Below, one piece after another: positions 47,817 to 55,871 of a DNA stretch of 64,000 nt. The position numbers were made by a program, and so were the translations under genes. The notes beneath the pieces are model-generated. The model saw nothing but the letters and a program-made list of their open reading frames with translations. It was not told the DNA's origin and ran no database searches. This stretch comes from Candidatus Parcubacteria bacterium. GTDB lineage: Bacteria > Patescibacteriota > Patescibacteriia > Patescibacteriales > UBA12465. The stretch lies in contig JAEZRQ010000006.1 in the NCBI GenBank assembly GCA_023444045.1, positions 113,786-177,785 of the forward strand, read 5' to 3'. Position 1 is the stretch's first letter; each line of letters begins with the position of its first letter.

Positions 47817-50456
47817 TTAAATAACACTAACTACCAACTCTTCTTCCTTTTCTTTATTAATTTCTATCTTTACCTTATCACCTTCTTTAACCTTACCCTC
47901 AATGATTTCTAAGGCTAGTTCATCAAGTAATAATGTTTGAATAACTCTCTTAAGCGGTCTGGCGCCATAGGTTGGGTCATAGCCTTTCTCGGCTAACATC
48001 TTTTTTACCTTAGGCCCTATTTTTAAAGTAATATTTTTATTATGAAGTCGGCTTTCTACTTTTCTAAGCTCCAAATCAACAATCTTTTCTAGCGCTTCCT
48101 TACTTAAGCTTTTAAATAAAACAATCTCATCAATTCTATTTAAGAACTCTAATTTAAAGTGATCACGTAAGATTTTATCAATCTTGTCTTTCATTTCTTC
48201 TTGGCGCAGATTGTTTTTGTCATCATTTTCCCCAACATTAAAGCCGATAGTATATTGCTTAATAATTTCGTTGCCTAAATTAGAGGTCATGATAATAATA
48301 GTATTTTTGAAGTTAACTGTTCGCCCCTTAGAATCTGTTAGCCGACCATCATCTAAAATCTGGAGTAGCATATTAAAGGTGTCTGGGTGAGCCTTTTCAA
48401 TTTCATCGAACAAGACCACAGAGTAAGGGTGACGTCTAACCCGATCAGTTAATTGTCCGCCGTCATCATGTCCGATATAGCCAGGAGGTGAACCGATTAA
48501 TTTAGCAACTGAGTGTTTTTCCATAAACTCACTCATATCAATTCTGATTAAAGAGTTTTCGTCATCAAAAATAAAACGAGCCATTGCTTTAGCTAATTCA
48601 GTTTTACCAACACCAGTCGGACCGACAAATAAAAATGAGCCAATTGGTCTTTTCTCCTCATTAATACCAGCCCGTGAGCGGCGAATAGCGTTAGAAATAG
48701 CTTTGATGGCTTCATCTTGGCCAATAACTTCGTTTGTTAAAACTTTTTCAGCTTCGCCTAATTTTTTGGCTTCGGAATCTAGCATTCGTTGAGCGGGAAT
48801 ACCAGTCCAACGAGCCACTACTTTGGCAACATCTTCTTCATCAACTTCTTCTTTAAGGATTCTTTGCCCTTTCTTCTGAATCTTAATTAATTCATCTTGA
48901 AGTTTGGTGATATTATTTTCTAATTCCGGAATCAAGCCATATTTTATTTTCGCTACTTCTGTTAAATCTGATCCCTGTCTTTGGATTATTTCGGCTTTTG
49001 TTTTTAATTCTTCTATTTCTTTTTTAGACTTTCTAATATCGGAAATAATATTTTTTTCATTACTCCAATGTAGTTCCAGCTGAGATGATCTCTCCTTAAG
49101 TTGAGCTAGTTCTTGGTTTAGAGTTCGCAATTTGCCAGTTTTTTTATCGGCGGTTAAAATCGCCGCCTTATTAATTTCTAGCTGTTTTATTTTTCTTTTT
49201 AACTGATCAAGTTCTTCTGGCATAGAATCAATTTCCATGCGTAGGGAAGAAGTAGCTTCATCAATTAAATCAACAGCTTTATCAGGTAAAAAGCGATCGC
49301 TGATATAGCGGTTTGATAATTTAGCGGCCGCAATTAAAGCATCATCAGTAATTCTCACGCCGTGATGTACTTCATATTTTTCTTTTAAACCACGGAGCAT
49401 ACTAACAGTATCTTCTACACTCGGTTCATTAACTAAAATCGGTTGGAAACGTCTTTCCAGGGCCGCATCTTTTTCAATATATTTCTGGTATTCTTTAGTG
49501 GTGGTGGCGCCAATTGTTCTCAGTTCTCCTCGAGCTAAAGCTGGTTTTAACATATTAGAGGCATCCATTGCTCCTTCGCTAGCTCCGGTTCCCACTAGAG
49601 TATGAAGCTCATCAATAAAGAGAATAATATTGCCGTTATGTGATTTCACTTCTCTAAGCACCGCTTTTAAACGGTCTTCAAATTCGCCACGGAATTTAGC
49701 TCCCGCTACCAAAGCCCCTAAATCAAGAGCAATTACTTCTTTATTTTTTAAATTCTCAGGAACATCACCGGTAATAATTCTCTGAGCCAAACCTTCAACA
49801 ATTGCTGTCTTTCCGGTTCCTGGTTCTCCAATTAAAACTGGATTGTTTTTAGTACGGCGGAGTAGGATTTGCATAATACGACGGATTTCTGTATCACGTC
49901 CAACTACTGGATCAAGCTTTTCCTGTCTGGCCAGTTCAGTGAGATTGCTAGTGTATTTTTCTAAAACATTTATTTTGTTTTCTTGGTGTTGATCGGTAAT
50001 TTTAGAATCCCCCCTTAACTCCTTTAAAACTTCTTTAACAACCTGATATTCAGCTTTAAAGTTAAGTAAGATTCTTTGAGCAGTTGATTCTACGCCAATT
50101 AAGCCCAACAGGATGTGTTCGGTAGAAATAAATTCGTCGCCCATACCATCAGCTTCTTTTTGAGCTCTTTCTAAAATCATCACTGTTTCATTGGTTCCAG
50201 ATACCGCTTGAATTGGCCCTTCACTCATTCTAACTTTTTCTTTAGGGAGTTTGTTTATTTCTCGGTTGGCAGCATCCTCAATCATGTCCGGATCAACCTT
50301 AATTTTTTCTAGTAGTGGCTTAATGAGACCCTCGTTTTGTTGGAGCAGGGCTAGTAAAATATGCACCGCCTCAATATTTTTTTGGCCATTGGTGGTAGCA
50401 ATAATTTGAGCATTGATAATAATTTCTTGTGACCTATCAGTTAATTTATTAAACAT
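47817..50456 (-). CDS. clpB: Hsp100/Clp disaggregase, ClpB-like (two AAA+ modules, long coiled-coil middle domain)
   Basis: Clp_N domain. D1 Walker A GEPGTGKT and Walker B ILFIDELH. About 125-aa coiled-coil M-domain. D2 Walker A GPTGVGKT and Walker [11 protein letters not shown]. Also carries an IGF tripeptide (48240-48248) in a ClpC-like insert. Confidence 0.93.
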   Translation of the reverse strand: MFNKLTDRSQEIIINAQIIATTNGQKNIEAVHILLALLQQNEGLIKPLLEKIKVDPDMIEDAANREINKLPKEKVRMSEGPIQAVSGTNETVMILERAQKEADGMGDEFISTEHILLGLIGVESTAQRILLNFKAEYQVVKEVLKELRGDSKITDQHQENKINVLEKYTSNLTELARQEKLDPVVGRDTEIRRIMQILLRRTKNNPVLIGEPGTGKTAIVEGLAQRIITGDVPENLKNKEVIALDLGALVAGAKFRGEFEDRLKAVLREVKSHNGNIILFIDELHTLVGTGASEGAMDASNMLKPALARGELRTIGATTTKEYQKYIEKDAALERRFQPILVNEPSVEDTVSMLRGLKEKYEVHHGVRITDDALIAAAKLSNRYISDRFLPDKAVDLIDEATSSLRMEIDSMPEELDQLKRKIKQLEINKAAILTADKKTGKLRTLNQELAQLKERSSQLELHWSNEKNIISDIRKSKKEIEELKTKAEIIQRQGSDLTEVAKIKYGLIPELENNITKLQDELIKIQKKGQRILKEEVDEEDVAKVVARWTGIPAQRMLDSEAKKLGEAEKVLTNEVIGQDEAIKAISNAIRRSRAGINEEKRPIGSFLFVGPTGVGKTELAKAMARFIFDDENSLIRIDMSEFMEKHSVAKLIGSPPGYIGHDDGGQLTDRVRRHPYSVVLFDEIEKAHPDTFNMLLQILDDGRLTDSKGRTVNFKNTIIIMTSNLGNEIIKQYTIGFNVGENDDKNNLRQEEMKDKIDKILRDHFKLEFLNRIDEIVLFKSLSKEALEKIVDLELRKVESRLHNKNITLKIGPKVKKMLAEKGYDPTYGARPLKRVIQTLLLDELALEIIEGKVKEGDKVKIEINKEKEEELVVSVI

Positions 50457-50484
50457 AAATATTTATATTTGCTTATTTTTTTAT

Positions 50485-50511
50485 TTAGCACTCTAACATT
50501 ATGAGTGCTAA
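50485..50511. promoter_or_regulatory. CIRCE operator (HrcA binding site)
   Basis: Perfect match to TTAGCACTC-N9-GAGTGCTAA (TTAGCACTCtaacattatGAGTGCTAA), 4 nt downstream of the clpB -10 box. Confidence 0.9.
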
Positions 50512-50515
50512 TTTC

Positions 50516-50544
50516 ATCATACTATAGCTATTTAACTATGTCAA
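50516..50544 (-). promoter_or_regulatory. clpB promoter
   Basis: On the minus strand: TTGACA (50544-50539), 17-nt spacer, TATGAT (50521-50516). CIRCE lies just downstream of the -10 box and would cover the predicted start site. Confidence 0.65.
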
Positions 50545-50586
50545 TCCCCACTTTTTGTGATATACTTAAATAAATTAATTAAAATT

Positions 50587-50949
50587 ATGGATTATAATTT
50601 TCTTACTCATTTTGGGAAGGTTTTGTGGCAGGTAATCTGGGACTTTATTTACTTTCCGTTGTGGTGGTATAGCGCTGGTCTTTTAAGAATAATTAAAAAA
50701 ATTAGTAATTTTTATCGCCACCGTGAAGAATCTTTAGCTCTGACTATCTGGCTGAAAAATATCTTTACTCCAATGTATGGACAGTGTGATTTTTCTGGTC
50801 GTCTAATCTCGTTTCTTATTCGCTTCGTTCAGATAATTTGTAGAGGTTTTTTAATGTTGTTAAACATACTTTTAGGCTTAGCTTTTTTAATTTTTTATCT
50901 ATTACTACCACCAGCAATTCTACTGGGTATTTGGAAACAAATTTTTTAA
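50587..50949 (+). CDS. Small polytopic membrane protein, hypothetical
   Basis: About 120 aa with 3-4 hydrophobic/aromatic helices. Ends 3 nt before the membrane-anchored Clp paralogue. ATG 50587 preferred to GTG 50557. Confidence 0.6.
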   Translation: MDYNFLTHFGKVLWQVIWDFIYFPLWWYSAGLLRIIKKISNFYRHREESLALTIWLKNIFTPMYGQCDFSGRLISFLIRFVQIICRGFLMLLNILLGLAFLIFYLLLPPAILLGIWKQIF

Positions 50950-50952
50950 AAT

Positions 50953-53631
50953 ATGAATGAGGAAAAATTAACTTTTGAATATAATGAAAAAATAAAGAGA
51001 ACAGGCCTCTGGTATTTAGGTTGTTTTTTATTTTTTAGTCTTACTTTAAAAAAATCGCTGATTACTTTAAATAAGACCTTAAAATTAATTAGAAAAGTAG
51101 TTGATTTTATTGCTTTTTTTATTGCCGCTTTAGGGTTGGTGGCCCTTGTCTGGTTTATTTATGAGCAGCGTTTACTTATTATTAGTACGCCGCTTTATTT
51201 ATTAAAACCGGAGTATTACCAGCACCCCTTGTTATTAGTTTTTTTGCTCAGTCTAATCTTTGATTTATTTTTATACTATCGTTTCAGTTTAAGAAACGAT
51301 CAGAAACAAAAACTGGATTATAATAAATTAAAGATTGATGAAACCAGTGGCCAATTTAAGAAAGTAAAACAATTTAATTTTGCTAACGCTTTAGATGAAG
51401 AGTCTCTAGGTGTTATTGAAGAAGCTTATATTTTAGCCGTTAAATTAAAACAAGCCGAGGTGACCCCGCGCCACATTTTTCGGGTGTTGTTAAAGAATAG
51501 AAAAATCCAAGCTTTATTTATTCGTTTGGGAGTAAATATTAATTCTCTAGTTGAGAAGCTAGATCGTAATTTATTAAATGATAGTAGTTTTTCTAAAAAA
51601 CCAGTGCTATCTGCTAAGACAAAAGAGCTAATTGTTTTAGCGGGACTAGAAGCTTATAAAAGAAAGCAGGAGGCAATTAGGGTACTTGATTTAACTTGGC
51701 CTTGTTATTCCCAAGATGAGGTTTTAGCTGAGGTTTTATATGATTCAGAAGTAGATGAAAATAAAATAAAAAATGTTATCGCTTGGTTTAGGGTCAACGA
51801 AGAATTACTTAAGAATTATCAAGAATATCACCGGGCGGCTATTTTAAAGCCTTGGGGCAATATGAATAGGGCTTATACGGCGGTGGCCACTCCAACCCTT
51901 GATCATTTTTCTAGTGATCTAACAATGTTAGCTCGGGCTGGAAGATTGGATTTATGTATTGATAGAGTTAAAGAATTTACCGCCATTTTTGATGCCTACT
52001 CCGGAGGGCAATCTGGTGTTTTATTAATTGGTCCTACGGGTGTTGGTAAAAGAACTATTGTTGAGGGACTGGCACAAATGATGGTTAAAGAAAGTGTGCC
52101 AAAATTTTTGCAAGACAAGCGTTTAGTGGAGCTTGATGTGGCGGCCTTGGTTTCTGGTGTTTCGCCGGCTGAAGCTCAGGAACGTCTGCTTATTTGTATC
52201 AATGAAGTTAATCGTGCTGAAAATATTGTGCTCTATATTCCTAATATTGAAAATCTCATGGGTATTACTTCCGGTAGTGAAGAAAGCTTAGAACTATCTG
52301 AAGTATTATCAAGTGCTCTTAACAAACAGGCTCTATTTTGTATTTCCACCACTACTACCGAAAATTATTCTCGTTTTATTGAGGGCAAGTCTCTGGGTGA
52401 AGCAATGACAGCGATTGGCGTAGCTGAACCTAACTTTAATCAAACTATTCAGATTCTTGAAAGTAAAGCTGGCTCTTTTGAAGCGCAATACGGTATTTAT
52501 TTAACCTATGACGCTTTAGAAAAAACCGTCACCTTATCCAACAAGTATCTAAGGGAGAGCAGTAATCCTCTTAAGGCAATAAATTTATTACAAAAAGCGG
52601 CCGCTATTTCTAATAAGGAGGCTCGCAATAATCCTGATAAAGTGATTTGTGACGGTGAAGTGGTAGCATCAGCTATTGAAGATTTAACCGGTATCCCCGC
52701 CAGCAAAGTTTCAGAAAACGAAAGACAAAAATTAATCAACTTAGAAGCTAGTATTCATGCCCGCATGATTGGACAGGAGGAGGCAGTTAAGGTTGTTTCC
52801 GCTTCACTGCGCCGAGCTAGGGCTGATCTTAAAGATAGTTCCAGGCCGATTGCTAGTTTTTTATTTTTAGGGCCAACTGGTGTTGGTAAAACGGAACTGG
52901 CAAAAAGCGTTTCGGAAATTTACTTTGGTTCAGAGGATTATATGATCCGTTTGGATATGAGTGAATACCAAGAAGCAAATAGTGTGACAAAAATGATTGG
53001 TGGTGTCGATGGTACTCTTGGGTATTTAACTGAAGCAGTGCGTAAAAAACCATTCGCTTTGATTTTGCTTGATGAAATTGAAAAGGCTAATCCGGATATC
53101 TTAAATCTATTTTTACAATTGCTTGATGATGGCCGTTTAACCGATGGGCAGGGGAGAACGATTAATTTTTCTCAATCAATTATTATTGCGACTTCTAATA
53201 TCGGCTCTATTTTAATTCAGGATGGTATTAAGCAGAATTTAGATATTAATATTATTAAACAGGAACTAATTGATAATCAGTTAAACAAGTACATGCGGCC
53301 GGAGCTTATCAATCGTTTTGACGGCATCGTGGTCTTTAAACCATTAACGGAAGAAAACCTTATGGCAATTGCTACTTTAATGCTGAAAAAAATCAAGAAA
53401 AGTTTGGAGAGTAAAGGTATTAGTTTAAAAGCTGATAAAGAAGGGGTCGCGATTTTAGCTCGGGCTGGTTATGACCCAAAGTTTGGCGCTAGACCGCTAC
53501 GAAGACTTTTACAAGAAAGAGTGGAAGATGAAATTGCTAATTTACTTTTAGCTAATAAATTAAAGAGGAGAGATACGGTTTTAATAAATTCTGATGGTAG
53601 TATAGGTGTAGAAAAGGGTCGGGAGTTATAA
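50953..53631 (+). CDS. Membrane-anchored Clp/Hsp100-family AAA+ protein with degenerate first ATPase module
   Basis: About 115-aa N-terminal region with three TM helices, then Clp_N repeats. D1 has GPTGVGKR but VLYIPNIENL in place of Walker B hhhhDE (IPN at 52237-52245), and lacks the ERRF Arg motif. No coiled-coil M-domain. D2 is intact ([29 protein letters not shown]). Confidence 0.85.
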   Translation: MNEEKLTFEYNEKIKRTGLWYLGCFLFFSLTLKKSLITLNKTLKLIRKVVDFIAFFIAALGLVALVWFIYEQRLLIISTPLYLLKPEYYQHPLLLVFLLSLIFDLFLYYRFSLRNDQKQKLDYNKLKIDETSGQFKKVKQFNFANALDEESLGVIEEAYILAVKLKQAEVTPRHIFRVLLKNRKIQALFIRLGVNINSLVEKLDRNLLNDSSFSKKPVLSAKTKELIVLAGLEAYKRKQEAIRVLDLTWPCYSQDEVLAEVLYDSEVDENKIKNVIAWFRVNEELLKNYQEYHRAAILKPWGNMNRAYTAVATPTLDHFSSDLTMLARAGRLDLCIDRVKEFTAIFDAYSGGQSGVLLIGPTGVGKRTIVEGLAQMMVKESVPKFLQDKRLVELDVAALVSGVSPAEAQERLLICINEVNRAENIVLYIPNIENLMGITSGSEESLELSEVLSSALNKQALFCISTTTTENYSRFIEGKSLGEAMTAIGVAEPNFNQTIQILESKAGSFEAQYGIYLTYDALEKTVTLSNKYLRESSNPLKAINLLQKAAAISNKEARNNPDKVICDGEVVASAIEDLTGIPASKVSENERQKLINLEASIHARMIGQEEAVKVVSASLRRARADLKDSSRPIASFLFLGPTGVGKTELAKSVSEIYFGSEDYMIRLDMSEYQEANSVTKMIGGVDGTLGYLTEAVRKKPFALILLDEIEKANPDILNLFLQLLDDGRLTDGQGRTINFSQSIIIATSNIGSILIQDGIKQNLDINIIKQELIDNQLNKYMRPELINRFDGIVVFKPLTEENLMAIATLMLKKIKKSLESKGISLKADKEGVAILARAGYDPKFGARPLRRLLQERVEDEIANLLLANKLKRRDTVLINSDGSIGVEKGREL

Positions 53632-53649
53632 ATTTATTTTTAAAAAGTT

Positions 53650-55212
53650 ATGGTTTTTTTGGCAGCATTTTTGCTATCTTTGTTTTTAACAATCGCTCTT
53701 ATCCCAGTCTTAAAAAAGATAGCGCTTAAATATCAGATTGTAGATCAGCCTGATTTTGTAAGGAAAATTCATTCTAAAACAATCCCACTCTTAGGTGGAG
53801 TTGCGATTTTTATTGCCTTTTTTGCCGTCATCTTTTTATTTTCTGATCAGATTTTGCAAGGTGATTTAAGACTATCTCACTGGCTTGGCTTCTTGATCGG
53901 CGGTCTTTTTTTGATTGTCGGCGGTATTTTTGATGATAAATATAATTTAAGTCCAAAAATCCAAATTATTTTTCCCATTCTAGCAGTCATTTCTGTTTTG
54001 TTGGGTGGAGTGGAAATAGCCAAACTTTCTAATCCGGCCGGTGGTACTTTTAATTTATCGGCAATCAGTTGGTTTTCGCCACTTTTTATTTCTTTGTGGT
54101 TGCTGGGGATGATGTATACCACTAAACTGCTTGATGGGGTTGATGGTTTAGTCGGCGGCGTTTCCTCTATTGGTGCTTTAGTGATTTTCTTATTTACTCT
54201 AACCACAAAATATTATCAACCAGATATTGCTTTTGCTTCTTTGGTTTTGGCCGGAGCAATTTTAGGTTTTTTGATTTTTAATTTTAATCCGGCTTCTATT
54301 TTCTTGGGAGAGGGCGGGGCTTTATTTTTGGGTTATACCCTGGGGGTGTTAGCGATTATCTCTGGCGGCAAAATCGCTATTGCTCTACTTGTGATGGGGG
54401 TGCCAATCTTAGATGTCGCCTGGACAATTATTCGTCGTCTACTGGCAGGAAAAAACCCTTTTAAAGCAGCTGACAAAAAACACCTGCATCATCGCTTACT
54501 TGATTCTGGTCTAAGCCAAAAACAAACAGTCTTTGTCTTTTATTTTTTAGCGGCTGTTTTTGGGGTTTCCGGTTTATTCTTGCAGAGCCAAGGGAAGATT
54601 ATTTTTTTAGGGGGCATTGTGGTGCTAATGTTTTTACTGGTTATCTTTTTGTCACTTGTTGTTAATAAGAAAAAAAATAAACCAACCCTTTTACTCCATG
54701 TCTGTTGTGCTCCTTGTAGTGCTTATATAATCAAGGAAATTTTAAGCAAAGATTTTAAAGTAACAATTTATTTTTATAATTCTAATTTGTCTTCAGAAGA
54801 GGAATATGACGCTCGTTTAAAATGGGTACGTTTTATAGCTGATATTTACCAGCTAGATTTAATCATTGAACCGTATCAGCATTCTAATTGGTTAAGTAGA
54901 GTAAAGGGCCACGAAACTGACCCAGAAAAGGGAACTCGTTGCTTAATTTGCTATGAGGACCGTTTAGAAAAAACCGCTTTACTAGCCAAAGAAAAAAACT
55001 TTAATTATTTTTCTACTAGTCTATTAGTTTCCCCCTATAAGGATAGGGAGGCATTATTAAGAATTTCTAAACAACTGGCCGTAAAACATCAAGTTAATTT
55101 TTTAAATGAAGATTTTAGTTCCGAGGGCTTATACCGTAAGTCGCAAGATTTAGCTAAAGAACTTGGTGTTTATCGCCAAAAGTTCTGTGGCTGCGAATTT
55201 AGTAAACGTTAA
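53650..55212 (+). CDS. Fusion: MraY/WecA-type polyprenyl-phosphate sugar-1-phosphate transferase (GT4) plus QueH-like epoxyqueuosine reductase (DUF208)
   Basis: N-terminal ~335 aa are polytopic with MraY/WecA-like motifs (IFDDKYNLSP, LLDGVDGL, NPASIFLGEGGALFLGY). C-terminal ~180 aa carry QueH signatures LLLHVCCAPCS, RCLICYEDRLEKTA, YRQKFCGCEFS. Junction at an A8 run (54670-54677). Confidence 0.85.
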   Translation: MVFLAAFLLSLFLTIALIPVLKKIALKYQIVDQPDFVRKIHSKTIPLLGGVAIFIAFFAVIFLFSDQILQGDLRLSHWLGFLIGGLFLIVGGIFDDKYNLSPKIQIIFPILAVISVLLGGVEIAKLSNPAGGTFNLSAISWFSPLFISLWLLGMMYTTKLLDGVDGLVGGVSSIGALVIFLFTLTTKYYQPDIAFASLVLAGAILGFLIFNFNPASIFLGEGGALFLGYTLGVLAIISGGKIAIALLVMGVPILDVAWTIIRRLLAGKNPFKAADKKHLHHRLLDSGLSQKQTVFVFYFLAAVFGVSGLFLQSQGKIIFLGGIVVLMFLLVIFLSLVVNKKKNKPTLLLHVCCAPCSAYIIKEILSKDFKVTIYFYNSNLSSEEEYDARLKWVRFIADIYQLDLIIEPYQHSNWLSRVKGHETDPEKGTRCLICYEDRLEKTALLAKEKNFNYFSTSLLVSPYKDREALLRISKQLAVKHQVNFLNEDFSSEGLYRKSQDLAKELGVYRQKFCGCEFSKR

Positions 55213-55215
55213 ACT

Positions 55216-55800
55216 ATGAAGAAAAAAGTTTTAATTCTTTTAATTTTATTCTTAATCGTTCTTCCTGTTTTAACAAAGGCGGAAAGTGTTGATACGGATA
55301 ATGATGGTCTAAGTGATGACTTGGAATTAATTTTTAAAACTGACCCAAATAATCCTGATACTGATGGTGATGGTTTTTTAGATGGCCTAGAAGTAGATTG
55401 GGGTTACGACCCTCTCTCTGATTCTAAAATTAAGTTACCCCAAAAGATAGAAATAGACTTAAAAAAACAAAAAATGTATTATTTTGTTTCTGGCGTTAAA
55501 TGGAAAGAATTTATTGTTTCTACTGGTAAAATTAGTATGCCCACCCCTAAAGGAACATTTTCTATTAAAAATAAAATTCCTAAGGCTTGGTCAAGAACTT
55601 ATGGTTTATGGATGCCTTATTGGATGGCTATTAATGGCCCAATAGGAATTCATGAGTTGCCAATTTGGCCCGGTGGTTATCGTGAAGGTGAGAATCATTT
55701 AGGCAAGGCCGTTTCCCATGGCTGTATTCGTCTGGGAACCCAAGCTGCCCCTTATTTGTTTGACCGAGTAATCGTGGGGACGCCGGTAGTTGTCTATTAA
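55216..55800 (+). CDS. Secreted L,D-transpeptidase (YkuD domain) with thrombospondin type-3-like Ca-binding repeats
   Basis: Signal peptide. DTDNDGLSDDLE and DPNNPDTDGDGFLDGLE repeats. YkuD catalytic motif SHGCIRL. Confidence 0.88.
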   Translation: MKKKVLILLILFLIVLPVLTKAESVDTDNDGLSDDLELIFKTDPNNPDTDGDGFLDGLEVDWGYDPLSDSKIKLPQKIEIDLKKQKMYYFVSGVKWKEFIVSTGKISMPTPKGTFSIKNKIPKAWSRTYGLWMPYWMAINGPIGIHELPIWPGGYREGENHLGKAVSHGCIRLGTQAAPYLFDRVIVGTPVVVY

Positions 55801-55810
55801 ATAAAAATAA

Positions 55811-55839
55811 TTGTGAGAAGCGTGGTTTAATGCTATAAT
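55811..55839 (+). promoter_or_regulatory. Putative promoter
   Basis: TTGTGA (55811-55816), 17-nt spacer ending in TGc, TATAAT (55834-55839). Confidence 0.5.
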
Positions 55840-55871
55840 AATAGCGTTAATTTTATGTGATCTCTATTTTT

